This document shows positions 8,279 to 17,506 of a stretch of 45,902 bases of DNA, piece after piece. The translations under genes were made by a program, and so were the position numbers. This DNA comes from an uncultured archaeon (lineage in GTDB: Archaea > Aenigmatarchaeota > Aenigmatarchaeia > QMZS01): NCBI GenBank assembly GCA_964562245.1, contig CAZLSF010000001.1, positions 1-45,902 of the forward strand, read 5' to 3'. Below the pieces are notes generated by a model. That model searched no databases. It saw only the letters and a program-made list of their open reading frames with translations, and had not been told where the DNA came from. Numbering within the stretch: the first letter of the stretch is position 1; every line of letters starts with the position of its first letter.

Positions 8279-8597
8279 ATTTCCACAAAGGATAGTTTAA
8301 ACTTATAGAATTTAACTTAATCCCAAATTCATTATACCTTGCTTCAGATCTTTCAAGAATTATTTCTTTTCCATTAAAAAGTAAGTTTGTTCCCTTCTCG
8401 CAAGCAGTGTTTAGCAGCTTTTTATAAGTTTCATCTAAATAAGGATAATTCTGGATTTCTGCGCCTGTTGGTCCTGCAACCACATATAATCTGCCCTGCT
8501 CCTTATATAATGTGCCTTTAATTGAGATATACTTATCTCGATAATCAGTACTGAACCTATCCAATACTCTTTTTTTGGTTTCTCCTATATCCGCCAT
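8265..8597 (-). CDS. hypothetical protein (110 aa)
   Basis: ATG ORF. Its 3' end overlaps the start of the downstream gene by 14 nt, which suggests co-transcription. No family recognised. Confidence 0.45.
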   Translation of the reverse strand: MADIGETKKRVLDRFSTDYRDKYISIKGTLYKEQGRLYVVAGPTGAEIQNYPYLDETYKKLLNTACEKGTNLLFNGKEIILERSEARYNEFGIKLNSISLNYPLWKYETR

Positions 8598-8645
8598 AAT
8601 TTAGTGAGTAACTTATTTTAAATATTCATTGAAAATATTTTATAG

Positions 8646-8900
8646 CTAATTTTTAAGTTTATTTAATCCATAATCCAGATAACCTGACACTTCCTGGTCA
8701 TATTCAATTGCACCAACAACTGCTGAATAAGCTAATACTCCGCCAGCCAAAGCAATTGCCGAGCCAGGAAGCTGCTCTGTAATAAAATCTGCGGTTGATC
8801 CTAAACCACCTACAACAATAATTTCTACCACTCTATTAAAAACGTATCCCCTGCAAGTATCCACTCCCCAAATAGGTTTAATACCTCGCAACTCATTCAT
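8646..8900 (-). CDS. hypothetical small Gly/Ala-rich protein (84 aa)
   Basis: ATG ORF with a central hydrophobic G/A-rich segment (VVGGLGSTADF...AIALAGGVLAYSAVVGA). No family recognised. Confidence 0.4.
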   Translation of the reverse strand: MNELRGIKPIWGVDTCRGYVFNRVVEIIVVGGLGSTADFITEQLPGSAIALAGGVLAYSAVVGAIEYDQEVSGYLDYGLNKLKN

Positions 8901-9018
8901 CCTTTAAATAATGTACTGTTTTCAAAGAAAACAAGTGCGCTGCGAACTGAGTAGAGCGAACGGTGGGTATTTCATTTTTAATTAAAAATACTCTGATTTT
9001 TTCGAGTAATCTAAATAT

Positions 9019-10581
9019 TTACCGTTCAAGAATGTCGAGATGAACTTTAAATTTGTTTTCCAGTTTATCAATTCCTTTCCCTCCTCTACCGATTAATTTT
9101 GCAATTATTTTTTTATTAACATAAATCCTAAAATCTGTTCCTGAAATATGTTCTACTGCAACATTTTTATCATACTTGCTGATCTCCTTTTTTATCTGCT
9201 TGATTTTTTTCCCCACTTCTTTTTCATCAAACTCTTCAATTGGAATAACAATTATTTCGTCCCCGAAAGAATATATTTCATACTCAAGTTTTCCTGTTTC
9301 AAATGATCTAACTTCTATAATAGGTCTTGCAAGGTCAGAATCTCTCATCCCTGTAGGAACTCTTACTATCAAATCCGTGGAATAAACTTCTTCAATTTTA
9401 CCGTCCTTTACAAAAATTATTGTATCCACAATATTATGAAGCATCCCTAGTTCAATTTTGTTGACAAATCTCTGGATTGAATCAATTGGTTGGGAAGCGT
9501 GAATTACACCAACCATTCCAACGCCTGCAAGTCTCAAATCACTGAAAATCTTAAAATCAAAAGAAGTTCTTATTTCATCAAAAATCGTGTAATCTGGTCT
9601 AACCAATAACAATATTTCTGCTGTTTTTGCAAAGGATTTTGCCAACGGGGCGTATTGGGTGATTTTTTCATTCACCTGTAAATCCCTTGGCTGTTCCATA
9701 GTCTTTACAATCTTATTCTGTTTCTGGTAAAATTCAGCCAGACTTGCGGCCAATGTTGATTTGCCGCTTCCTGGAGGACCTGAAATAAGAATGCCTCCAG
9801 CCTCATCGGTTATTCTCTTTTTAAGTTTCTCTGAAAGTTCATAATCATCAATATTCAATTTTGCTATTGGTCGCACAATAGTCATCTCCTTGTCATCTGA
9901 AAACGGAGGTCTTGTGATTGAGATTCTCATATCCTTTATCTGCAAAACCATGGCCCCGTATTCCTCAAATTCAACAAAAGCGAAATTCTTTCCCCGGATT
10001 TCCTTAAGTACGCTGGATGCAAGTTGTTCAAATTTTGATTTTGAAAGTTTCTCTTTTCCAACTTTTTTTAATTCCCATTTGCCGGGGTGTCCTCTTTTTG
10101 CTAAAGTAACGCAATTCACCTTAAAATGCAAAGACATCGTATCTTTCGTGAGTAATTCTAGAAATTCAAGCTCTGCTTTTTTATGCGCAGTTTTAATGAA
10201 TTTTACTTTTACTCCAAAAACTTCCGCAACAAGAGCCTGCACAAAATCTCTTGTGTATAATGTTGCTTTGTGTTTCTGCGCAAGTTCCCTTATCAATGCA
10301 TCAATTCTTCCTTTCTTTGCAAGTTTTATTTCTTCTATTGTTGGCTTCCTCCCCACAAATTCAAGTTTCACATTTCGTTTCCTTAGTTCTTTAATTTCTT
10401 CAAGACCTAAAAAACCAATTTCCTTTCCTTTGTTTGCCTGAGCCTGAAGTTCATCAATAACAAATTCAGGAATAAGAACCTTTACTTTTTTTAATTGTCC
10501 AATATCAATTAATTCAGTAAGCTTTTTTGAAATCAATACTGAAGTATCCGGCACAATTAATTCTTCTTTTCCAAAATTCAT
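9019..10581 (-). CDS. PIN-domain / PilT-family ATPase / KH-domain protein (COG1855-type)
   Basis: N-terminal PIN-like segment (IVPDTSVLIS...IPEFVIDELQ). Walker A is ILISGPPGSGKSTLA. The C-terminal KH motif is IAKLIGRGGKGIDKLE. Confidence 0.85.
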   Translation of the reverse strand: MNFGKEELIVPDTSVLISKKLTELIDIGQLKKVKVLIPEFVIDELQAQANKGKEIGFLGLEEIKELRKRNVKLEFVGRKPTIEEIKLAKKGRIDALIRELAQKHKATLYTRDFVQALVAEVFGVKVKFIKTAHKKAELEFLELLTKDTMSLHFKVNCVTLAKRGHPGKWELKKVGKEKLSKSKFEQLASSVLKEIRGKNFAFVEFEEYGAMVLQIKDMRISITRPPFSDDKEMTIVRPIAKLNIDDYELSEKLKKRITDEAGGILISGPPGSGKSTLAASLAEFYQKQNKIVKTMEQPRDLQVNEKITQYAPLAKSFAKTAEILLLVRPDYTIFDEIRTSFDFKIFSDLRLAGVGMVGVIHASQPIDSIQRFVNKIELGMLHNIVDTIIFVKDGKIEEVYSTDLIVRVPTGMRDSDLARPIIEVRSFETGKLEYEIYSFGDEIIVIPIEEFDEKEVGKKIKQIKKEISKYDKNVAVEHISGTDFRIYVNKKIIAKLIGRGGKGIDKLENKFKVHLDILER

Positions 10582-10615
10582 AATTTATCTAAATAAATTA
10601 AAAGATATAAAGAAA

Positions 10616-11215
10616 TTAAATATTATAAGGTTCTACTGCAGTTTGGTCTATCAAAAATTGCCTGAAAAGGTTATTATTTTCTACAATCAAAACCTTGTTT
10701 GTTTTCTGATTCCTGTACCAAGCACTGGTTCTCTTATTTTCATTATAACCTAAATAATCAAAAAGAGCAAAGTCAGTGCTAATACCATAGGGTTCAAATC
10801 TATCTAATATATAGGAGTCTCCTTTTTTTATTAGAAAATAAAAGTTGGGAATATCTTTTTTTAGTTCTATCAATTCTTTTTTACAATTTTCGGGGAGTTC
10901 TGTATTATCAAACAAAAAAATATTTGCTGGAACATACATTGCATCTAATATTTTTGTTGATGAAGGTAAATAAAGGTTCTTTCCACCTTCTGAAATATAT
11001 TTGTCATAATTGTCTTTTAATGTTCCTCGTGTTTCCCCATTTAAAAGTTCTTCCAAAAAATCCTCTGTCAAAATACCAAACGTGCTCCTCCTGCTTTTTG
11101 GGACTAATTTATGCAATTCCTGAAGACCCTCATCACAATCATATTCCTTCCAAATTTTTCCAGATTCACAAATATCTCTCAACTGTCCCTGAAAACCTCC
11201 ATACCGTTTACTCAT
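10616..11215 (-). CDS. hypothetical protein (199 aa)
   Basis: ATG ORF with ordinary globular composition. No family recognised. Confidence 0.5.
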   Translation of the reverse strand: MSKRYGGFQGQLRDICESGKIWKEYDCDEGLQELHKLVPKSRRSTFGILTEDFLEELLNGETRGTLKDNYDKYISEGGKNLYLPSSTKILDAMYVPANIFLFDNTELPENCKKELIELKKDIPNFYFLIKKGDSYILDRFEPYGISTDFALFDYLGYNENKRTSAWYRNQKTNKVLIVENNNLFRQFLIDQTAVEPYNI

Positions 11216-11264
11216 AATAACAAGAACAATATATGTAAATTATTGCTTTCAAAAGTATTATATT

Positions 11265-11870
11265 ATGTACCTTAACATAAAAGAAGGTGAGTACCTCGTG
11301 AGGCTTGCAAGAAATTCAATTGCGCACTATCTTGAAAGTCTTCTTCCAATGACTCCCCCAAAACCAGACTTTCCAGAACTACTTGAAAAAAGAGGGGTCT
11401 TCTGCACACTACTTAAATATCCTAGCGGGGATTTAAGAGGATGCATTGGTCTAATTGAATCTGACAAAAGCCTGATTAATGGGGTTATAGAAACAAGTTG
11501 TTCCGCAACGCAAGACCCAAGATTTATGCCTCTGACTTCTGAAGAGCTGGATAAAATTATAATTGAAATAACAGTGTTAAGCAATATGCAGAAAATTCTT
11601 GTTTATCAACCGAGGGATTATCTAAATGAGATTGAAATTGGAAAAGACGGGTTGTTTATTAAATATAAATATAGTTCCGGGATTTTCCTTCCACAGGTTC
11701 CAGTTGAACAAAAATGGGACCTGAAAACTTATTTATGCGAACTATGCCTTAAAGCCGGTCTGGATGAAGATGCATGGATTACAAAACCTGTGGATTTGTA
11801 TAAATTCCAAGCACAGATATTTTCAGAGACCGAGCCGAGAGGAAATGTTTTTGAGAAGAAATTGAAGTAG
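11265..11870 (+). CDS. AMMECR1-domain protein
   Basis: Motifs GVFCTL...LRGCIG and DPRFMPL...L..I.IEITVLS are the AMMECR1 signature. Confidence 0.85.
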   Translation: MYLNIKEGEYLVRLARNSIAHYLESLLPMTPPKPDFPELLEKRGVFCTLLKYPSGDLRGCIGLIESDKSLINGVIETSCSATQDPRFMPLTSEELDKIIIEITVLSNMQKILVYQPRDYLNEIEIGKDGLFIKYKYSSGIFLPQVPVEQKWDLKTYLCELCLKAGLDEDAWITKPVDLYKFQAQIFSETEPRGNVFEKKLK

Positions 11871-11920
11871 ATATTTATATTTTTTTGAAAAACTGAGACA
11901 TAATAAAAAGAAAAATTTTA

Positions 11921-12081
11921 GTGACTTTCTATAAAAATCCTGATTTGGATGGCATAGTATGTGCTTCTTTATATGCAGAATATTTGCAAAAAATGGCATT
12001 GATGCAGTTTCCAGAAGTTTTGGAACACCTCATAGAAAAGCTCAATTTGTAGTTAATAAATTGTTGTATATTAATTTCTAA
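11921..12081 (+). pseudogene. frameshifted N-terminal fragment of a DHH-family phosphoesterase (paralog of the PPase at 14310..15242)
   Basis: Reads TFYKNPDLDGIVCASLYAEYLQK. After a 1-nt slip in the A6 run at 11988-11993 it continues NGIDAVSRSFGTPHRKAQFVVNKL. This parallels GHKNPDTDSIVSS...AVAKRAGELNNETKFVLDH in the intact gene. Only ~53 codons remain. Confidence 0.55.
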
Positions 12082-12088
12082 GAAATTT

Positions 12089-12961
12089 ATGTTGGCGGAA
12101 ATTTCAGGTGTAATTGAGGAAATTAAGAGTAAAGATTATAAGAGAATCCTAATTCAGGTTCCAGAAGGATTGAAAACCGAAGTTAAAGAAATTGCGGATA
12201 AAATTGAGAAAGAATGCGACGTGGATGTTTTTATAGCGGCTGAACCCTGTTACGGAGCATGTGATTTGCCTTTGGAAGAAACAAAATTCTTAGATTGCGA
12301 TGTAATTGTTCATTTTGGTCATTATGATTTTGGGGTTAAAACCAGAATTCCGGTAATTTATGTTCCTGTTGAGATTGATGCGGAACTTACTGAAGAATTG
12401 AAAAAAGAGATTGAAAAAATTAAAGAAAAAAAAATAAGCATTTATTCCTCAGAACCTTTCAGGAAACTTCTTGATTTATTTGGAGATTACTTGGAGGATA
12501 TTGGAAAAGAGGTGGTTAATAAAAAAATAATACTCGGGTGCTCAGAATATGAACCTGTGGGAGAATTAAATCTATTTATCGGATCAGGGAAATTTCACCC
12601 CCTTGCTCTAAAAGGAAAAACTTATTTTTTAAATCTTGAGAAAAACCGATTTGAAGATTTGAGTGGGGAAATTATGAAAGAAGAAATGAAAAAAGCCGCA
12701 AAAGTTTCAAAATTCAAAAATGCAAAAAAAGTGGGTATTCTTGTGTCAACTAAACCCGGGCAGTTTTACAAAAATTATAAGCAACTTGAAGATAAATTCA
12801 GGAAACAGGGGAAAAAAACAAGGATTTTAATATTTGATATGATTACAAATGAAAAACTGATGGGGCTTGATTATGATGTATATGTAAATACTGCGTGCCC
12901 ACGGATTCTTGATAATCCTTTTGACAAGCCTGTTGTTAATTTAAGGGATTTATCAATTTAA
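12089..12961 (+). CDS. dph2: diphthamide biosynthesis radical-SAM enzyme Dph2 (2-(3-amino-3-carboxypropyl)histidine synthase)
   Basis: Aligns along its whole length with archaeal Dph2: RILIQVPEGLK, PCYGACD, CDVIVHFGH, ILGCS, GSGKFHPL, NTACPRI. Confidence 0.9.
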   Translation: MLAEISGVIEEIKSKDYKRILIQVPEGLKTEVKEIADKIEKECDVDVFIAAEPCYGACDLPLEETKFLDCDVIVHFGHYDFGVKTRIPVIYVPVEIDAELTEELKKEIEKIKEKKISIYSSEPFRKLLDLFGDYLEDIGKEVVNKKIILGCSEYEPVGELNLFIGSGKFHPLALKGKTYFLNLEKNRFEDLSGEIMKEEMKKAAKVSKFKNAKKVGILVSTKPGQFYKNYKQLEDKFRKQGKKTRILIFDMITNEKLMGLDYDVYVNTACPRILDNPFDKPVVNLRDLSI

Positions 12962-13285
12962 TTTAGCTCTCTTCTTCTCAAGCAGGTCTTTTAATTCCAT
13001 TTTCCAGCCCTCTGCTCTGGGTTTGATGTACTCCAGTTTTTTCTCAAATTCAGAATCAAGGTCAAAATTATATACATTTGCAAGTTCCAAAACGCAAATT
13101 AAAACATCCGCAATTTCTGCCTTTAAGTCTTCTATATCCTCTGTTTCCTCGTAAATCTCCTTTTTCATTACCTCATTAGCAACTTCCCCAACTTCTTCTG
13201 TTAAAGCAACAAATGAAGCCAATCTTGGGTGTTCTATTTCTCCAAGCAATTCCTTAATCTTTTGTTGGGCTTGATGAATGTCCAT
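12953..13285 (-). CDS. MazG-like nucleotide pyrophosphohydrolase (small single-domain type)
   Basis: 110 aa. The helical EExxE/D pattern (LTEEVGEVANEV...; LKAEIADVLICVLELAN) is typical of MazG/all-alpha NTP-PPases. Confidence 0.8.
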   Translation of the reverse strand: MDIHQAQQKIKELLGEIEHPRLASFVALTEEVGEVANEVMKKEIYEETEDIEDLKAEIADVLICVLELANVYNFDLDSEFEKKLEYIKPRAEGWKMELKDLLEKKRAKLN

Positions 13286-13592
13286 AATTTATTGGATTAA
13301 AATATATTTCAGTTAAAAAATCTATTTATAATAGATATTTAGTTGATAATTAGTTTTGATTATTCCCATTGTCTAATAACAACAAATATTTTTTTGGAAT
13401 AATTATAATTATTTAGAGTTAATAATTTTCTTATGTTTTTTATTTATTATTTTATCTTTGCCTTTCTGAATTCTTATTTTAATTCTCACCCTGGTTAACA
13501 ATATTCTTCGCTAATTACTTTAATCCCGTTTATTCTTAAAAACACGAAAATAATCTTATATTTAATAATAATCTGTGGTTTTATTACACTTT

Positions 13593-14195
13593 CTAAATTT
13601 TTCCATAGTGTTTCTTAACTTTTTCTGGTAAGTAAGAAAAACTTTTAATACCTTTCCACCAATTAGTTGAATTTTGTTCTTTTAAAATAGCTCCAAGCCT
13701 CTTTGCGGATTCTGTTTGCAACCTCTCAATTTGATTAACAATCCAATCTTCAGTTTCATATCCTTTTTCTAAGAGTTCTTTTGCGATTGTAGCCAATTCA
13801 AGTAAATCAGCATCTCTTGCAATAATACCTGCTTTATCTTCCGCATGTTCAAATTTCTCCCAAAGTTCAAGAATTTCCTTACCAATATCTCCAAGTTTAT
13901 TAGTTTGTTCTTTAACTGCATTTGCTTCATCGCCTTTTATATATCTGCTTGCAATCTTATTTATATCTCCAACCCTGCATTCTCCGATTTCGTGAAAAAC
14001 AGCAATTGTGCAGACTTTATAAGGGTCTTCATAATTTTCAAGTTTTGCCAAGATAAAAGCAATTTGTGCAGTTCTTAAAGTATGTTCTCCTATACTATCC
14101 CTATCTTTGACCCCTGCTAACCTTAATCCATCATGACTAATAAATCTCTGTTGCCCAAGTTCAAATATGAAATCCCATATATTTTCATCTTCCAT
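13593..14195 (-). CDS. HD-domain hydrolase, YfbR-like 5'-(deoxy)nucleotidase family
   Basis: Motifs: SIGEHTLRTAQIAFILA, then VFHEIGECRVGDI, then ARDADLLE. The usual HD dyad reads HE here. Confidence 0.75.
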   Translation of the reverse strand: MEDENIWDFIFELGQQRFISHDGLRLAGVKDRDSIGEHTLRTAQIAFILAKLENYEDPYKVCTIAVFHEIGECRVGDINKIASRYIKGDEANAVKEQTNKLGDIGKEILELWEKFEHAEDKAGIIARDADLLELATIAKELLEKGYETEDWIVNQIERLQTESAKRLGAILKEQNSTNWWKGIKSFSYLPEKVKKHYGKI

Positions 14196-14309
14196 GATTA
14201 ATTGATTTATTTTTTAAAATACTGGAGTCGCCCAAATCATAACAGATAAACGGTGTAAAATTTTATATTCAGATATATTATAAAACTATTTATAAATTTA
14301 CTGGTAATT

Positions 14310-15242
14310 TTATTCCAGTTTCTCTTTTAATGGGGGAACAATCTGTTTTTTTCTTGAAACAATATGTTCCGCAAACATTACATTGTTTTCTAAATTGCCA
14401 TTGAATATTTCTTTGGCGAGATTAATTTCTTCATCTCCCACCAGATATAAATAAGTGTTTTCTTTGATAATATCTACAACTCCAAAGAACAAATAATCCA
14501 AACCCTCTTTTTGTTTTTTGTTTTTCAACGCTTTGAGAATTTCTTCTTTCCTTTCATTGACAGTTTCAGGAACAACTGTTTCCCACACCCCGATTCCGAC
14601 TTTTGATTTTCCCATCTCAAAAAATTTATAATCTTTTTCAATTATTTCAGTTGTTTCAATTCCTTCCAGACTGGATTTTGCCTTAAACATTTCCATTGAA
14701 TAATTTTCCAGATTTAATCCTGCGATTTTATTTAACTCCTCAAGAATTGTTCTATCTTCATCTGTGGTGGTTGGTGAATTCAAAAACAAAGTATCTGAGA
14801 TGATTGCGGATGCCATCAGACACGCAACTTCCTGGGTTATTTCCAGATTTTTTTCTTTCAGTATTTTATATAATATTGTGCATGTACATCCGAGAGGTTC
14901 TATTCTTGCGTAAATTGGCTTTGAAGATTTTAATCCCCCGAGATTGTGATGGTCTATAACTGCAAAAAGATTGTTTTCATTTATGCCCTCGATAAGCTGG
15001 GTTGGTTCTGTAGTATCAACCAGAATAACATTTTCTTCATTGACTTTTTCCAATAATTCCGGTAATCTGATTGTTGGTTTTGCGATGTGATCTAAAACAA
15101 ATTTAGTTTCATTATTTAATTCTCCGGCTCTCTTTGCGACTGCGTGATGCCCGAACAGGGAATCGCTGTAATATGAAACTATCATTGAGGATACGATTGA
15201 ATCTGTATCCGGGTTTTTATGCCCTATTACTACAAGTTCCAT
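14310..15242 (-). CDS. ppaC: family II (Mn-dependent) inorganic pyrophosphatase, DHH-DHHA2
   Basis: 310 aa. Motifs: VIGHKNPDTDSIVSS, LVDTTE, VIDHHNLGG, SAIISDTL and a C-terminal DHHA2-like part. The length matches PpaC. Confidence 0.85.
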   Translation of the reverse strand: MELVVIGHKNPDTDSIVSSMIVSYYSDSLFGHHAVAKRAGELNNETKFVLDHIAKPTIRLPELLEKVNEENVILVDTTEPTQLIEGINENNLFAVIDHHNLGGLKSSKPIYARIEPLGCTCTILYKILKEKNLEITQEVACLMASAIISDTLFLNSPTTTDEDRTILEELNKIAGLNLENYSMEMFKAKSSLEGIETTEIIEKDYKFFEMGKSKVGIGVWETVVPETVNERKEEILKALKNKKQKEGLDYLFFGVVDIIKENTYLYLVGDEEINLAKEIFNGNLENNVMFAEHIVSRKKQIVPPLKEKLE

Positions 15243-15348
15243 AATTTACATCTTTTTATTTATTTCTATTGATTTAATGTTATCTTGCAAAATAAAAGTA
15301 TAATTTAAGGTTTTTCCCAATACTTAAAGGTTTTCTGGTAAATTGTAT

Positions 15349-15561
15349 ATGGCAGATAACATAAAAGGAGAAGTAAAATTCTTTAACGACTTCAAAGGCT
15401 TTGGATTCATTGCCGGAGAAGATGGAAAAGAATATTTCGTACACAGCACAGGTCTTAAAGAGGGAATAAAAATAAATGATGGAGACAAAGTTGTGTTTGA
15501 GATAGAAATGGGAGATAAAGGTCCAAAAGCAGTAAATGTTGAAAAGGACACTTCCGAATAA
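15349..15561 (+). CDS. cold-shock domain protein
   Basis: MADNIKGEVKFFNDFKGFGFI...FVH carries the RNP1/RNP2 motifs KGFGFI and FVH. The ORF-track start at 15343 is TTG, so I use the ATG at 15349. Confidence 0.9.
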   Translation: MADNIKGEVKFFNDFKGFGFIAGEDGKEYFVHSTGLKEGIKINDGDKVVFEIEMGDKGPKAVNVEKDTSE

Positions 15562-15743
15562 TTCTAAATTTGTGAGTATAATTTTGTTTTAAATTCGACA
15601 AATAGAATTGAAATAGTTTATTTTTTAAGTTGTTTTTGAAATTCAAGGTAAGAATAAATAATCGTATATATGGCAATTAAGATTGGGGGAAACATTTGGC
15701 AGAGTGGTTATTGGAATATTCATTATAATTTCAATTAACAATA

Positions 15744-16220
15744 ATGGAACTTTATAATTTGCTGTTAATTATTCTTCTCACTTTCATTCCAACTCTCGAA
15801 CTGAGGTTTTCAATCCCTTATGCTTTGCTTATATTAAAAATGAACCCTTTAGTTGCATTTTTTATCATAATAATAGCAAACATAGCAATTGGCGAGATAA
15901 TATTTTATTCCCTTAATACAATTCTGCCTTATGTACTGAAAATAAAGATTTTTGAGAGAATCTACAATAAATGTGTAAAAAGGATTCAGAAAAAAATGCA
16001 CAAACAGGTCGATAAATATGGAACAATTGGTCTTGCTTTGTTTATTGGAGTTCCTCTACCAGGTTCAGGTGTATGGACAGGGGCTTTAGCCGCTTTCCTC
16101 CTCGGATTTAAAAGAAAAGAGTTTTCTTTGGCAAATATTGTTGGTGTATTGATTGCGGGTGTGATTGTGATCTTTGCAATTATTGCTGGGATTAATGGGT
16201 TTTCTTTATTTGTTAAATAA
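15744..16220 (+). CDS. small membrane protein, putative small multidrug export family (COG2426-like)
   Basis: Four or more TM helices. Motifs ELRFSIPYAL and IGVPLPGSGVWTGALAAFLLG are typical of this family. Confidence 0.65.
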   Translation: MELYNLLLIILLTFIPTLELRFSIPYALLILKMNPLVAFFIIIIANIAIGEIIFYSLNTILPYVLKIKIFERIYNKCVKRIQKKMHKQVDKYGTIGLALFIGVPLPGSGVWTGALAAFLLGFKRKEFSLANIVGVLIAGVIVIFAIIAGINGFSLFVK

Positions 16221-16301
16221 TACCTTCGTTTCTAAAATTCAGGAATAATATACTTTTTTACAAAATAAGAGATAAAACCCTTATTTAATTTAATAGATAA
16301 A

Positions 16302-17138
16302 ATGGTTATGAACAACAAACTTATTTTTGTCACACTGGCGTTTCTTCTGTTCAGTCTTGCCTTTCTCGGGTATAAACAAGTGACAACAGGTAGTTTTATT
16401 GATAAAAGCATTGATTTGAAAGGAGGGAACCTTCTTATTATTTCTTTCTCTGATGCAAATTATAATGAAATATCTAATTTAAGGGGTAAACTTCAAACCA
16501 AATATCATGTTAACACATATACAACAACAAGTGCAATTGAGACCCAATTATCAGTTGAATGTCCTGAAGATAATGTCAATGAACTAATAAAAGATATTAA
16601 CACCACTCTTGAAATCAGAAATTACGAACTCAGTAAAATAGATCCTAAATTAAGCGCAGGGATTTTTAATGAAATAATCTATTCTGTATTTATTGCTTTC
16701 ATTGCAATAGCAATCATAATATTTCTTCTTTTCAGAATATTTATTCCATCATTTGCAGTTGTCCTGTGTGCATTCTCAGACATTATAATCACACTGTTTT
16801 TTATGAATATTTTTTCAATACCTTTATCAATAGTTACTTTTACCGCTCTCTTAATGTCTCTTGGTTATTCAGTTGACACAGATATTTTACTTACTACAAG
16901 AACCCTTAAATTAAGAAAGAATTTTGATGACCAATATAAAAAAGCCCTTAAAACAGGACTTACAATGAGCGCAACAAGCCTAATTGGACTCATCTCTATT
17001 TTGCTTATAACCGGATTTTCATCTGTATTTGGGCAACTTTCAGCAGTCTTAATAATATCTCTTATTGTTGATCTTCCAAATACCTGGATTCAGAATGCTT
17101 CAATTTTAAGGTGGTATAGCGAAAAACCTAAACACTGA
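16302..17138 (+). CDS. secF: protein-export membrane protein SecF
   Basis: N-terminal TM helix, then IDLKGG and a periplasmic-type domain, then a TM bundle with LGYSVDTDILLTTR. Confidence 0.85.
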   Translation: MVMNNKLIFVTLAFLLFSLAFLGYKQVTTGSFIDKSIDLKGGNLLIISFSDANYNEISNLRGKLQTKYHVNTYTTTSAIETQLSVECPEDNVNELIKDINTTLEIRNYELSKIDPKLSAGIFNEIIYSVFIAFIAIAIIIFLLFRIFIPSFAVVLCAFSDIIITLFFMNIFSIPLSIVTFTALLMSLGYSVDTDILLTTRTLKLRKNFDDQYKKALKTGLTMSATSLIGLISILLITGFSSVFGQLSAVLIISLIVDLPNTWIQNASILRWYSEKPKH

Positions 17139-17506
17139 AAGTTCTCAGATAATCTTTAAAATATAATTAAGATTTAGGAAATCTATACGAAAAATATTGC
17201 ATATTCTCTCAGGAAATGTGCCGGAAATAGTTCACGCAGTTCAAAGAAACCAAATTGAAAATACTTGTTTATAATATTGAAATAACTGTTTGCAGTTTTT
17301 TATTGTTTTTGGTATTAATAACTTGTTAAAGTAAGTGGTTTTAGAGGATTTTTATAGAGCCAAATTTTATTTTATAAAATCTGGAATTTTCTGGAATTTT
17401 ATTTTAAGATAATACCCTAAAGATAGATTACTTTCAATTTGCAGTTGAATTATATGAAAGTTTTCTTGAAAAAGCTCAAATCAATTAATATTTAAAATAG
17501 TTACAA

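Noticed and set aside
8935-8970. GC-rich patch gtgcgctgcgaactgagtagagcgaacggtgggtat in an AT-rich spacer, vaguely like the bacterial 16S segment GAGUGGCGAACGGGUGAGUAA.
   Set aside because: The match is about 20 nt with several mismatches and no flanking rRNA-like sequence. This is too short to distinguish from chance.
17381-17400. Tandem ctggaatttt x2 in the secF downstream spacer.
   Set aside because: Two copies of a 10-mer in AT-rich intergenic DNA are trivial. There is no further periodicity.
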